In this document: positions 56,534 through 64,000 of the stretch, one piece after another
How the letters are laid out: each line of letters opens with the position of its first letter
Numbering within the stretch: the first letter of the stretch is position 1
NCBI GenBank assembly: GCA_041651115.1
Contig: JBAZJY010000001.1
Location: forward strand, 389,165 to 453,164
Origin: Candidatus Omnitrophota bacterium
GTDB lineage: Bacteria; Omnitrophota; Gorgyraeia; Gygaellales; Profunditerraquicolaceae
Direction: 5' to 3'
DNA: 64,000 nt
Translations under genes and position numbers: made by a program
Notes under the pieces: model-generated
The model's input: the letters and a program-made list of their open reading frames with translations, nothing else
Told to the model about the DNA's origin: nothing
Databases searched by the model: none

Positions 56534-57279
56534 AAAATAAACTTTTTACTATCGTTATTCTAAGCGCCCTGATGTCATCGCTATACGCCTTGACCGTGCG
56601 TATTATCCCGGCAGGGCACCTCATGGAATTTAAAAAAATGATTTCCCTTACCAGCCCTGATGCTGCCCTGGAGTTAAACCTGCGGCATAGCCGCTACTTG
56701 CTGAAGATCAAGCACCAGAGTAAACCCGGCTTGACCAAAAAAGTTTTTATAAATGGGGCCGATATTGTTCCGTTCCGCGTACGCGAGAAAGAAATAGAAA
56801 CCGCGTGGTTTTATATTGCGCCCCCGCAAATAACAGGAACGGATAAATTAAGCATAAAATTCAAGGGAGGCTTTCCTCCTGATATTGATGTCCGGATGAA
56901 TAATTTTATTGCCTTGCCCCGGGACGAACTCAGCAACGACATATTTATACTATTTAAGTCTCCGGCTGCGCTGCCGCAATTTAATCTACCGAGGTGGACA
57001 AGGGCCTTTTGCCTGTTTTTTGCTTTTTATTACGCGTGCTTATTATTTTTACGGCGCAGGAATGGCAGCGCCGTTTTTTATATCGCCTTAAGCTCTACGC
57101 TCTTTGCCGGCTTTGCAATTACCGTGAGCGCCGCGAACCTGCTGCCCTTTAATCCCTATTGCCTTTATTTTAGCCCGTTCTTTTTTTGCCTGGTATTCCT
57201 GCTGTCTTACGGCTTAATATTGATTTTGTCATATCCGTTAAAAAAGGGTATAATAGACAACACAACCAAGGATGACTGA
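56530..57279 (+). CDS. hypothetical membrane-anchored protein
   Basis: An ATGA-coupled ATG at 56530 starts MKNKLFTIVILSALM (a signal/anchor). A ~150 aa hydrophilic domain is followed by three C-terminal TM helices. The ORF-track start at 56404 is an in-gene extension. Confidence 0.35.
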   Translation: MKNKLFTIVILSALMSSLYALTVRIIPAGHLMEFKKMISLTSPDAALELNLRHSRYLLKIKHQSKPGLTKKVFINGADIVPFRVREKEIETAWFYIAPPQITGTDKLSIKFKGGFPPDIDVRMNNFIALPRDELSNDIFILFKSPAALPQFNLPRWTRAFCLFFAFYYACLLFLRRRNGSAVFYIALSSTLFAGFAITVSAANLLPFNPYCLYFSPFFFCLVFLLSYGLILILSYPLKKGIIDNTTKDD

Positions 57280-57282
57280 GAT

Positions 57283-58008
57283 ATGGAGCGCGGTAAAATA
57301 CAGACAGTGATCCTTTGCGGCGGCAAAGGGACAAGGATGGGCAGCGGCGAAATGCCGAAAGCCATGTTCACGATCGGCGGCAGGCCCCTGTTATGGCACA
57401 TAATGAGGATCTATTCTCATTATGGCTTTAACGAATTCATACTTTGCCTGGGCTACAAAGGAAATAAGATCAGGGACTATTTCTCAAGGATAAAAGAGTG
57501 GAAGATTAAATTCGCGGAAACCGGGCTGGATACCAATACCGGGGGTAGAATAAAAAAAGTCAAAAGCCTTGTCAGGGGAGAGGTGTTTTTTGCCACTTAC
57601 GGAGACGGACTTTCCAGTATAAACATAAACCAGCTGCTTAAATTCCACAAGGCTCACACGAGGACGGCAACCTTAACCGCGGTCCGGCCGTTTTCGCCTT
57701 TCGGCATTGTCGGCATAGACGCGCATTCCAATGCCGTAACACATTTTGAAGAAAAACCCATCCTTGACCATTGGATCAACGGAGGATTCTTTGTCTTTAA
57801 CCAGAAGATTTTTGATTATTTAAAAGAGGGCGATATACTGGAAAAAGATACTTTTCGCCGGGTGCTAAAGAATAACGGCCTGGCAGCATACAAGCACTAC
57901 GGTTTCTGGGAATGCATGGACACATATAAGGATAATCTAAGATTAAACCAACTCTGGGATAGCCAAAAGGCGCCTTGGGCGGCATGGAAAGGAAAGCTAA
58001 ATGAATAA
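57283..58008 (+). CDS. rfbF: glucose-1-phosphate cytidylyltransferase
   Basis: Collinear with Salmonella RfbF: [12 protein letters not shown]...[33 protein letters not shown], then [15 protein letters not shown]...[31 protein letters not shown]. Confidence 0.85.
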   Translation: MERGKIQTVILCGGKGTRMGSGEMPKAMFTIGGRPLLWHIMRIYSHYGFNEFILCLGYKGNKIRDYFSRIKEWKIKFAETGLDTNTGGRIKKVKSLVRGEVFFATYGDGLSSININQLLKFHKAHTRTATLTAVRPFSPFGIVGIDAHSNAVTHFEEKPILDHWINGGFFVFNQKIFDYLKEGDILEKDTFRRVLKNNGLAAYKHYGFWECMDTYKDNLRLNQLWDSQKAPWAAWKGKLNE

Positions 58009-58987
58009 TTTCTGGAAAGACAGGCACGTCTTTATTACCGGCGCATCCGGCCTTTTGGGGGCCTGGCTGACAAAAGAACTTGTCGATAGGCGGGCGCGCG
58101 TGGTCAGCCTTATCCGGGATGACGTCCCAAATTCAAACCTTATCCACTTCGGGTTAATGGACAAAATCACCGTGGTAAGAGGGAATATCGAAGATTATCC
58201 GCTGATCAGCCGCGTCATCAATGAGTACGAAACCCAGACCGTGTTTCACCTTGCCGCGCAGACTATCGTTACGGTGGCAAACCACAGCCCGCTGTCTACG
58301 TTCGAGGCAAACATAAAGGGGACATGGAATATCCTGGAGGCCTGCCGCAACGGAAAATTCATAAAAGAGGTTATCGTATCCTCAAGCGATAAAGCGTATG
58401 GCGAGAAAGAAAAGCTGCCTTACTGCGAAGACGACCCGCTGATCGGCCGGCACCCTTATGACGTTTCCAAAAGTTGCGCGGATTTGATCTGTCAATCATA
58501 TTTTAAAACCTATAATCTTCCCGTATGCGTTACCCGCTGCGCGAACCTCTACGGCGGCGGAGACCTGAATTTCAGCCGCATCATACCGGGGACGATCCGC
58601 TCTGCAATGAACAACGAACCGCCAATCATCAGGAGCGACGGAAAATATATCCGGGATTATTTTTATGTAAAAGACGCTGTCGCGGCAATGCTGGCGCTTG
58701 CGGAAAAAATACAGGCAAAAAAACTACAGGGAGAAGCCTTTAATTTTTCCAGCGGCATACACGTCAATGTCCTGTCGCTGGTAAACCTGATCTTGAAAAT
58801 AATGGGCAAAAAAATAAAGCCGCGCGTGCTTAATAAAACAAAACACGAGATCAGGGACCAATACCTTTCCATCGATAAAGCAAAAAGGATGCTTGGCTGG
58901 AAGCCCGCATACAGCTTGGAAGACGGCCTGCGCGAAACAATCGAGTGGTACAAAAAATACCTAAAAATCCCCGGGAGGCATTTATGA
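58001..58987 (+). CDS. rfbG: CDP-glucose 4,6-dehydratase
   Basis: [25 protein letters not shown] matches the RfbG N-terminus NFWQGKRVFVTGHTGFKGSWLSLWL. An extended-SDR YxxxK (YDVSKSC) is present. Confidence 0.8.
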   Translation: MNNFWKDRHVFITGASGLLGAWLTKELVDRRARVVSLIRDDVPNSNLIHFGLMDKITVVRGNIEDYPLISRVINEYETQTVFHLAAQTIVTVANHSPLSTFEANIKGTWNILEACRNGKFIKEVIVSSSDKAYGEKEKLPYCEDDPLIGRHPYDVSKSCADLICQSYFKTYNLPVCVTRCANLYGGGDLNFSRIIPGTIRSAMNNEPPIIRSDGKYIRDYFYVKDAVAAMLALAEKIQAKKLQGEAFNFSSGIHVNVLSLVNLILKIMGKKIKPRVLNKTKHEIRDQYLSIDKAKRMLGWKPAYSLEDGLRETIEWYKKYLKIPGRHL

Positions 58988-59433
58988 TTAATGATGTAGT
59001 AATTAAAGAACTTACCCAGATCCCCGACGAACGCGGCAAGATCATGCATATGCTGCGTAAAGACGACGATATTTTTGAAGAATTCGGCGAGATCTATTTT
59101 TCAATCGTCTATCCGGGGGCGATAAAAGGCTGGCACCTGCATAAAAAAATGACCTTGAATTACGCGGTAGTAAACGGAATGATCAAGCTTGTATTATATG
59201 ACGGCAGAAAAGGCTCCCCCACGTTTAACGAAGTCCAGGAAATCTTCATGGGGGACGAGAACTATGTCCTGGTTAAAATACCCGCGGGTATCACTAACGG
59301 TTTTAAAGGCATCGGCACAAAACCGGCGATCGTAGCCAATTGCGCTACCCTGGCGCACGATCCTCAAGAGATTATACGGATCGACCCGCTAAAGAACGAT
59401 ATCCCCTATGATTGGGAGCTGAAACATCGATGA
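58984..59433 (+). CDS. cupin-fold nucleotide-sugar 3,5-epimerase or 3,4-ketoisomerase (RmlC/FdtA-like)
   Basis: [13 protein letters not shown] matches the F.DeRG motif of dTDP/CDP-4-keto-6-deoxyhexose epimerases. Length is 149 aa. The ATG at 58984 overlaps the rfbG stop as ATGA. Confidence 0.6.
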   Translation: MINDVVIKELTQIPDERGKIMHMLRKDDDIFEEFGEIYFSIVYPGAIKGWHLHKKMTLNYAVVNGMIKLVLYDGRKGSPTFNEVQEIFMGDENYVLVKIPAGITNGFKGIGTKPAIVANCATLAHDPQEIIRIDPLKNDIPYDWELKHR

Positions 59434-60314
59434 ACCAGGCGCTTATTATCGGGGCATCCGGCCTGGTAGGAAATTACCTTCATAAATTGGCGCCTGCCGA
59501 TTATAGGGTTTCCGGGACATTCCGTAACTTTCCTTTGCCCGGGCTGCTTAAACTCGAGATCACCGATAAGAACGAAGTCAAAAGTTTAATCCTTGGCCTT
59601 AAGCCGCAAACCGTATTTTTGCCGGCAGCTTTTACGAATGTAGATATCTGTGAGGACGATCCGGGGTTATGCCATAAAGTCAACGTGGAAAGCATCCGCA
59701 ATATCGCGGATATTTTATCGGTTACAGGCGCAATGCCGGTTTATTTCTCTACGGACTATATCTTTGACGGCAGCAGCGGGCCTTACAGCGAAGTTGCTTC
59801 TCCGTGCCCGTTAGGCACTTACGGTAGATCAAAACTAGAAGCAGAAGAGGCCATAAAAAGAAATTTAAAAAACTACCTGATTATCAGGACTACCTGCGTA
59901 TATGGATGGGAGCATCAGGAAAAAAATTTTGTCGTCAACCTGATCAAAAAGGCAAAATCCGGGAAAATCATTGAAGTTCCGTCAGACCAGATCACTACGC
60001 CGACTTATGCGGGCCATTTGGCTTGCCTGACATGGGGACTGGTATCGGGAGGCGCCCAAGGGACATATAATGTCGCCGGCGCAACCTTGATGAGCCGTTT
60101 TGATTTTGCGCTTCTGGCTGCGGAAGTATTCGGATTGGATAAAAACCTTATAAAGCCGATTACAACTCAAGAGATGTCACGAAAGGCAAGGCGGCCGCTG
60201 AATGCCGGATTAAAAATAACCAAGATAAGCGAGGAATTAAAACGGGGGATCCCCGGTGCGGAAGAAGGGCTTAAGGAAATGAAAAAGGAAATGGGAAATG
60301 GCCGAACATTATAA
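59430..60314 (+). CDS. RmlD-like nucleotide-sugar 4-ketoreductase
   Basis: ALIIGASGLVGNYL, FSTDYIFDG and YGRSKLEAEE are collinear with RmlD. The ATGA-coupled ATG is at 59430. Confidence 0.65.
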   Translation: MNQALIIGASGLVGNYLHKLAPADYRVSGTFRNFPLPGLLKLEITDKNEVKSLILGLKPQTVFLPAAFTNVDICEDDPGLCHKVNVESIRNIADILSVTGAMPVYFSTDYIFDGSSGPYSEVASPCPLGTYGRSKLEAEEAIKRNLKNYLIIRTTCVYGWEHQEKNFVVNLIKKAKSGKIIEVPSDQITTPTYAGHLACLTWGLVSGGAQGTYNVAGATLMSRFDFALLAAEVFGLDKNLIKPITTQEMSRKARRPLNAGLKITKISEELKRGIPGAEEGLKEMKKEMGNGRTL

Positions 60315-61608
60315 ACAGGCAAGGATCAGAAAAAAGATATTCAAGCTGGTAAAAGATTTCTATCTCGCCGGAAAAAGCGCTGCGGATAACGGCAGGATAA
60401 ACTGCTCCGGCCGCGTGTATGACGAAAAAGAAATGATCTCCCTTGTTGACTCGGCACTGGAATTCTGGCTGACCAGCGGCAGGTTTACCAGGGAATTTGA
60501 AGCGGCATTTTCCAGTTTTCTCGGAATAAAACACAGTCTGCTTGTCAATTCCGGTTCATCCGCCAACTTATTGGCAATAGCTGCCCTGACTTCTCCTGAA
60601 CTAGGCAGAAAAAAGCTCTCGCCCGGAGATGAAGTTATCACTACGGCGGCTGCCTTCCCGACAACCGTTAACCCAATAGTGCAGAATCAACTGGTCCCTG
60701 TCTTTGTGGACGTAGAGCTGCCGACATACAATGTTGACGCCGGGGCATTAAAAAAAGCTATCTGCAGAAAAACAAAGGCAATTTTTATCGCCCATACCCT
60801 GGGCAACCCATTTAACATTAGAGAGGTCTCAAGGCTTGCCAAAAAACACGGGCTATTCCTGATTGAAGACGCCTGCGATGCGCTGGGATCAAAATACCAC
60901 AATAGGCTTACCGGCACATTCGGAGACATAAATACTTTCAGCTTTTATCCTGCCCATCATATAACTATGGGCGAAGGCGGGGCGGTAGTTACCGACAATA
61001 AAAAGCTAAAGATCATCCTGCAGTCGTTCCGGGATTGGGGAAGGGCATGCTGGTGCGAAACCGGGTTTGATAACTGCTGCGGCAAGAGATTCAAATGGCA
61101 GTTAGGAAAACTCCCCTATGGCTACGACCATAAATACACATACTCGCACTTAGGTTATAACCTTAAGGCAACGGATATGCAGGCGGCCATCGGCGTTGAA
61201 CAGCTAAAAAAACTTCCATATTTCATATCTAAACGGCAGCGCAATTTTGATTTACTCTACAAAGGCCTGAAGCAGTATTCCCGTTATTTAATCTTACCCG
61301 AGGCAACACCCGGCTCAACTCCCAGTTGGTTCGGCTTCCTGATTTCGGTGGCTAAAAACGCCGGATTTACCAAAAATGACCTCGTGGAATACCTGGAAAG
61401 AAACAAGATCGCCACGCGCATGCTTTTTGCCGGGAATATCACAAAACAGCCGGCGTATAAAAATGTCAGGTTCCGCGTATCCGGAACGCTCAGGGACACG
61501 GATTTTATCATGCAAAACGCATTCTGGATCGGGGTCTATCCGGCACTCGGAGACAATCAAATAAACTACGTCCTGGAAACCTTCAAGAGATTCTTTAAAA
61601 CCCGATAA
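60298..61608 (+). CDS. CDP-4-keto-6-deoxyglucose 3-dehydrase-like (DdhC/E1-type PMP enzyme with Fe-S motif)
   Basis: DegT fold with FSFYPAHHITMGEGG, where His-His replaces the PLP-Lys. About 32 aa downstream lies CWCETGFDNCC, which is C-x1-C-x7-C as reported for the E1 [2Fe-2S] site. Length is 436 aa. Confidence 0.7.
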   Translation: MAEHYKQARIRKKIFKLVKDFYLAGKSAADNGRINCSGRVYDEKEMISLVDSALEFWLTSGRFTREFEAAFSSFLGIKHSLLVNSGSSANLLAIAALTSPELGRKKLSPGDEVITTAAAFPTTVNPIVQNQLVPVFVDVELPTYNVDAGALKKAICRKTKAIFIAHTLGNPFNIREVSRLAKKHGLFLIEDACDALGSKYHNRLTGTFGDINTFSFYPAHHITMGEGGAVVTDNKKLKIILQSFRDWGRACWCETGFDNCCGKRFKWQLGKLPYGYDHKYTYSHLGYNLKATDMQAAIGVEQLKKLPYFISKRQRNFDLLYKGLKQYSRYLILPEATPGSTPSWFGFLISVAKNAGFTKNDLVEYLERNKIATRMLFAGNITKQPAYKNVRFRVSGTLRDTDFIMQNAFWIGVYPALGDNQINYVLETFKRFFKTR

Positions 61609-62645
61609 TGGCGCCATTAGTTTCAGTAATCATCGTAAACCATAACGGTATTGTTTTTGTTGATGGCTGCCTGAAATCAGTATTCGCCGGTAATTATCCC
61701 GCTTTAGAAGTGATTTTTGTCGACAACGGCTCAACTGACTCAAGCCTTGAATTCGTAAAAAATAATTTCGCATCAGATAGCCGATTAAAGATCGTAGAAA
61801 ACAAGGCGAGCCTGGGCCCTGCCGTCGGCAGGAACAGGGGGGCTGCGGTTGCCGCCGGTAAATATTTATTTTTTCTTGATAACGACACTAAAATAGATAA
61901 AAATTGCGTCGGCGAATTGGTAGATGCCCTGGAAAACAATATTTCAATCGGCGCCGCGCAAGCAAAATTACTAAAAATGGATTCGGGCGGCCTTTATGAC
62001 TGCGCAGGAGATTATTTGGGCCCGTTAGGTTTTTTGATCGAGCGCGCGCAGGGCGCAAAAGATAATGGCCAGTTTGATTTTATTTCCGATATTTTAAGCG
62101 CCAAATCCGCCGCAAGTATAATAAGAAAAGGGCTGTTTGACCAGATCGGCGGGTTTGACGAGAGTTATTACATGTATCTTGAAGAAACCGACCTTAGCTG
62201 GAGGGTATGGCTTGCCGGCTACCGCGTAGTATTTATTCCCGGGGCAGTCGTACAACATGCCTTCAATACCCCGAAAAAAGAATTTAAACGCTATTACACT
62301 AAATACATTGTCCGGTATTTTGGCTGCCGGAATTATATCACAACCCTGATAAAGAACCTCCAGCCGGGGAATCTCCTGAAAATCCTGCCGCTGCATGTTG
62401 CCTGTTGGCTGGCTTTAGCCTTATTGTTTATCATCAAGTTATCCCCTATGGACAGCCTGTATATTTTAAAAGGCATCGGCTGGAATATCCTGCATATAGG
62501 GTCCATTTTAAATAAGAAAGCGCGGATCAGCCGGGATATCCGTAAAAAAACCGATTCCCAGATCCTGCCAAAGATAATGGACAAAAGAAAGATTAATTAT
62601 TATTTCGGGAAGGGATTTGCCTATCTTACGGGCAGAAGCTATTAA
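61608..62645 (+). CDS. glycosyltransferase family 2 (with C-terminal membrane segment)
   Basis: VSVIIVNHNG...VIFVDNGSTDSS and a DND motif. The stop/start is TAATG. Confidence 0.75.
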   Translation: MAPLVSVIIVNHNGIVFVDGCLKSVFAGNYPALEVIFVDNGSTDSSLEFVKNNFASDSRLKIVENKASLGPAVGRNRGAAVAAGKYLFFLDNDTKIDKNCVGELVDALENNISIGAAQAKLLKMDSGGLYDCAGDYLGPLGFLIERAQGAKDNGQFDFISDILSAKSAASIIRKGLFDQIGGFDESYYMYLEETDLSWRVWLAGYRVVFIPGAVVQHAFNTPKKEFKRYYTKYIVRYFGCRNYITTLIKNLQPGNLLKILPLHVACWLALALLFIIKLSPMDSLYILKGIGWNILHIGSILNKKARISRDIRKKTDSQILPKIMDKRKINYYFGKGFAYLTGRSY

Positions 62646-62656
62646 ATACCTGCAAA

Positions 62657-64000
62657 ATGAAAATACTTTTCATTGTACCAAAAAATAAATCACTTTTTGG
62701 CGATAAAGGCAAGACCGTGCATCCGCATATCGGCATCGCCTACCTGTGCGCCTTCCTGAAAAACAACGGCATAGAAACGGCGGTATTCGATGACGGTGTT
62801 GAAAAAAGCTCAAGTGACGTGTTTAAAGCCATTAAAGAAATAGAACCGGATATCATCGGCGTCACGATTTTCAGTTATTGCTATGGATACGCGTATGAGC
62901 TGATAAAATTGATCAAGCAGCGCTCTAACCTGCCTATGGTCCTCGGAGGGCCGCATATCAGCACGGTAAAAGGAAAAATACTGGATGATACGTCCGTAGA
63001 ATTTGCCGTAAAGCATGAGGGTGAATTTACCCTGTTGGAACTTCTCCGCGAGTTGGATAAAAAAAATCCCGATTTTAGCAGTGTCGCCGGACTGATCTGG
63101 CGCGGAAAAGAAGGCAGGATAACGGAAAACATTGACCGGCCGCTGATCGAGGACTTAGACAGCCTGCCGATACCAGACTATGATATCTTCGGCATAGAGC
63201 GTTACGCCTGCTACCAGCAAAAAGCACTGCCGATCATCACTTCCCGCGGCTGTCCGTTTGGCTGCAATTACTGTTCAGTCAGACTGTCCATGGGCCAAAA
63301 GTTCCGGCCGCGCAGCGCGGAAAATGTCTTCACGGAAATAGAATATTTTTATCGCCGGGGCTGGCGGAGCTTTGACTTTAATGACGATTGTTTCACTTTA
63401 AGACAAGACCGCGCAGAGAGAATATGCGACATGATCATTGATAATAAACTGGACATTCGCTTCCAGCTCTATAATGGGATAAGGGTGGACACCGTGACCC
63501 CGGAACTTCTAAAAAAAATGAAGAAAGCAGGGTGCTATTTTATTTCCTTCGGCTGCGAAGCGGGGAATGATAAAGTATTAAAAGCGATAAAAAAGGGAAT
63601 AACCATTGAGCAGGTAAAAAATGCCGTAAACTGGGCGAATGCCGCGAAGATCAATAATTCCGTGAATTTTATCATCGGCCATAAAGAAGAAACCTATGCC
63701 GATGCCATGGATACGATAAATTTTGCCAGGCGCCTGCCGACAAATTTCGTCAACTTCTACAACCTTTTGCCGTATCCCGGCACCGAGTCGTTTGAATGGG
63801 CAAAACAGCACGCCAGTTTTCTGATCCCGCCGGATTCGATCCTGGAAAATATTTCTTACCGCGATAACAAACCGATATTTGAAACCAAGGAATTCACCAA
63901 AGAACAAAGGGAGAAAATCATCTCTCTGGGCTTTAAATTATACCGGAAAAAGATCCTCACCTTTAGGCTGGGAAAAGTGCTGGGAGGGCTGGTATACCTG
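62657..64000 (+). CDS. B12-binding domain radical SAM protein (3' end outside the window)
   Basis: The ATG at 62657 starts MKILFIVPKN. A B12-binding-like N-terminal domain is followed by a TSRGCPFGCNYC radical-SAM motif. The reading frame stays open to the window edge. Confidence 0.8.
   Translation, partial: MKILFIVPKNKSLFGDKGKTVHPHIGIAYLCAFLKNNGIETAVFDDGVEKSSSDVFKAIKEIEPDIIGVTIFSYCYGYAYELIKLIKQRSNLPMVLGGPHISTVKGKILDDTSVEFAVKHEGEFTLLELLRELDKKNPDFSSVAGLIWRGKEGRITENIDRPLIEDLDSLPIPDYDIFGIERYACYQQKALPIITSRGCPFGCNYCSVRLSMGQKFRPRSAENVFTEIEYFYRRGWRSFDFNDDCFTLRQDRAERICDMIIDNKLDIRFQLYNGIRVDTVTPELLKKMKKAGCYFISFGCEAGNDKVLKAIKKGITIEQVKNAVNWANAAKINNSVNFIIGHKEETYADAMDTINFARRLPTNFVNFYNLLPYPGTESFEWAKQHASFLIPPDSILENISYRDNKPIFETKEFTKEQREKIISLGFKLYRKKILTFRLGKVLGGLVYL

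Noticed and set aside
29-59433. ORF-track starts at 29, 1975, 9032, 10641, 14363, 15015, 20601, 22412, 27662, 28404, 52875, 56404, 58945 and 59412.
   Set aside because: These are TTG/GTG or in-gene upstream extensions. In each case an ATG nearer the upstream stop gives an ATGA-type overlap or sits behind an SD. It also gives an N-terminus collinear with family members or paralogs. The exception is 9853, where paralog alignment supports the TTG.
146-63907. All minus-strand ORFs in the track, for example 28454..29032 (192 aa), 40637..41137 (166 aa), 8030..8476, 4562..5005, 6307..6735 and 41162..41602.
   Set aside because: Each lies wholly inside a + strand CDS with clear family motifs. The minus-strand translations are low-complexity and Ser/Arg/Pro-rich, typical of antisense reading of coding DNA. 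None has an SD-like sequence or a coupled start.
1-64000. Search for tRNA, rRNA, CRISPR repeats, IS/transposase or integrase genes, and long direct or inverted repeats.
   Set aside because: None was recognised. There are no spacer-repeat periodicity, no transposase, integrase or recombinase motifs, and no non-coding stretch longer than about 93 nt.

Overview
The whole 64 kb window is one co-directional (+ strand), almost gap-free glycan-biosynthesis locus. It holds about 60 tightly packed genes, many with ATGA/TTGA/TAATG stop-start overlaps, and both ends run out of the window (the last CDS is truncated at 64000). Five nucleotide-sugar modules can be read from the sequence: (1) a nonulosonic-acid (legionaminic-type) block with an acetamidino-forming trio (HisF-like, HisH-like and a PP-loop amidotransferase) and a formyltransferase-family gene; (2) a GDP-6-deoxyhexose block (gmd, a His-variant ColD/E1-like 3-dehydratase, and an fcl-like synthase); (3) a heptose block (an HldE-like cytidylyltransferase-fold/PfkB-kinase fusion, GmhA and a split transketolase); (4) a CDP-3,6-dideoxyhexose block (rfbF, rfbG, a cupin epimerase, an RmlD-like reductase and a DdhC/E1-like dehydrase); (5) an unassigned module of a P-loop protein, a CTP_transf_3 cytidylyltransferase, a genuine 3-dehydroquinate-synthase-family enzyme, an SDR and a B12-radical-SAM enzyme. 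Around these modules sit seven GT2 enzymes, one GT4, one GT26, an initiating polyprenyl-phosphate glycosylphosphotransferase, two O-antigen-ligase (Wzy_C/PglL) family proteins, an MsbA/PglK-like ABC exporter, three HP-motif GT-B transferase-like proteins and three large polytopic membrane proteins. There are also two class I methyltransferases and five radical-SAM enzymes, two of them B12-binding. I found no rRNA, tRNA, CRISPR array or mobile element. All minus-strand ORFs in the track sit inside + strand genes and are treated as spurious. Several ORF-track starts are upstream TTG/GTG extensions and have been moved to the nearest coupled ATG.
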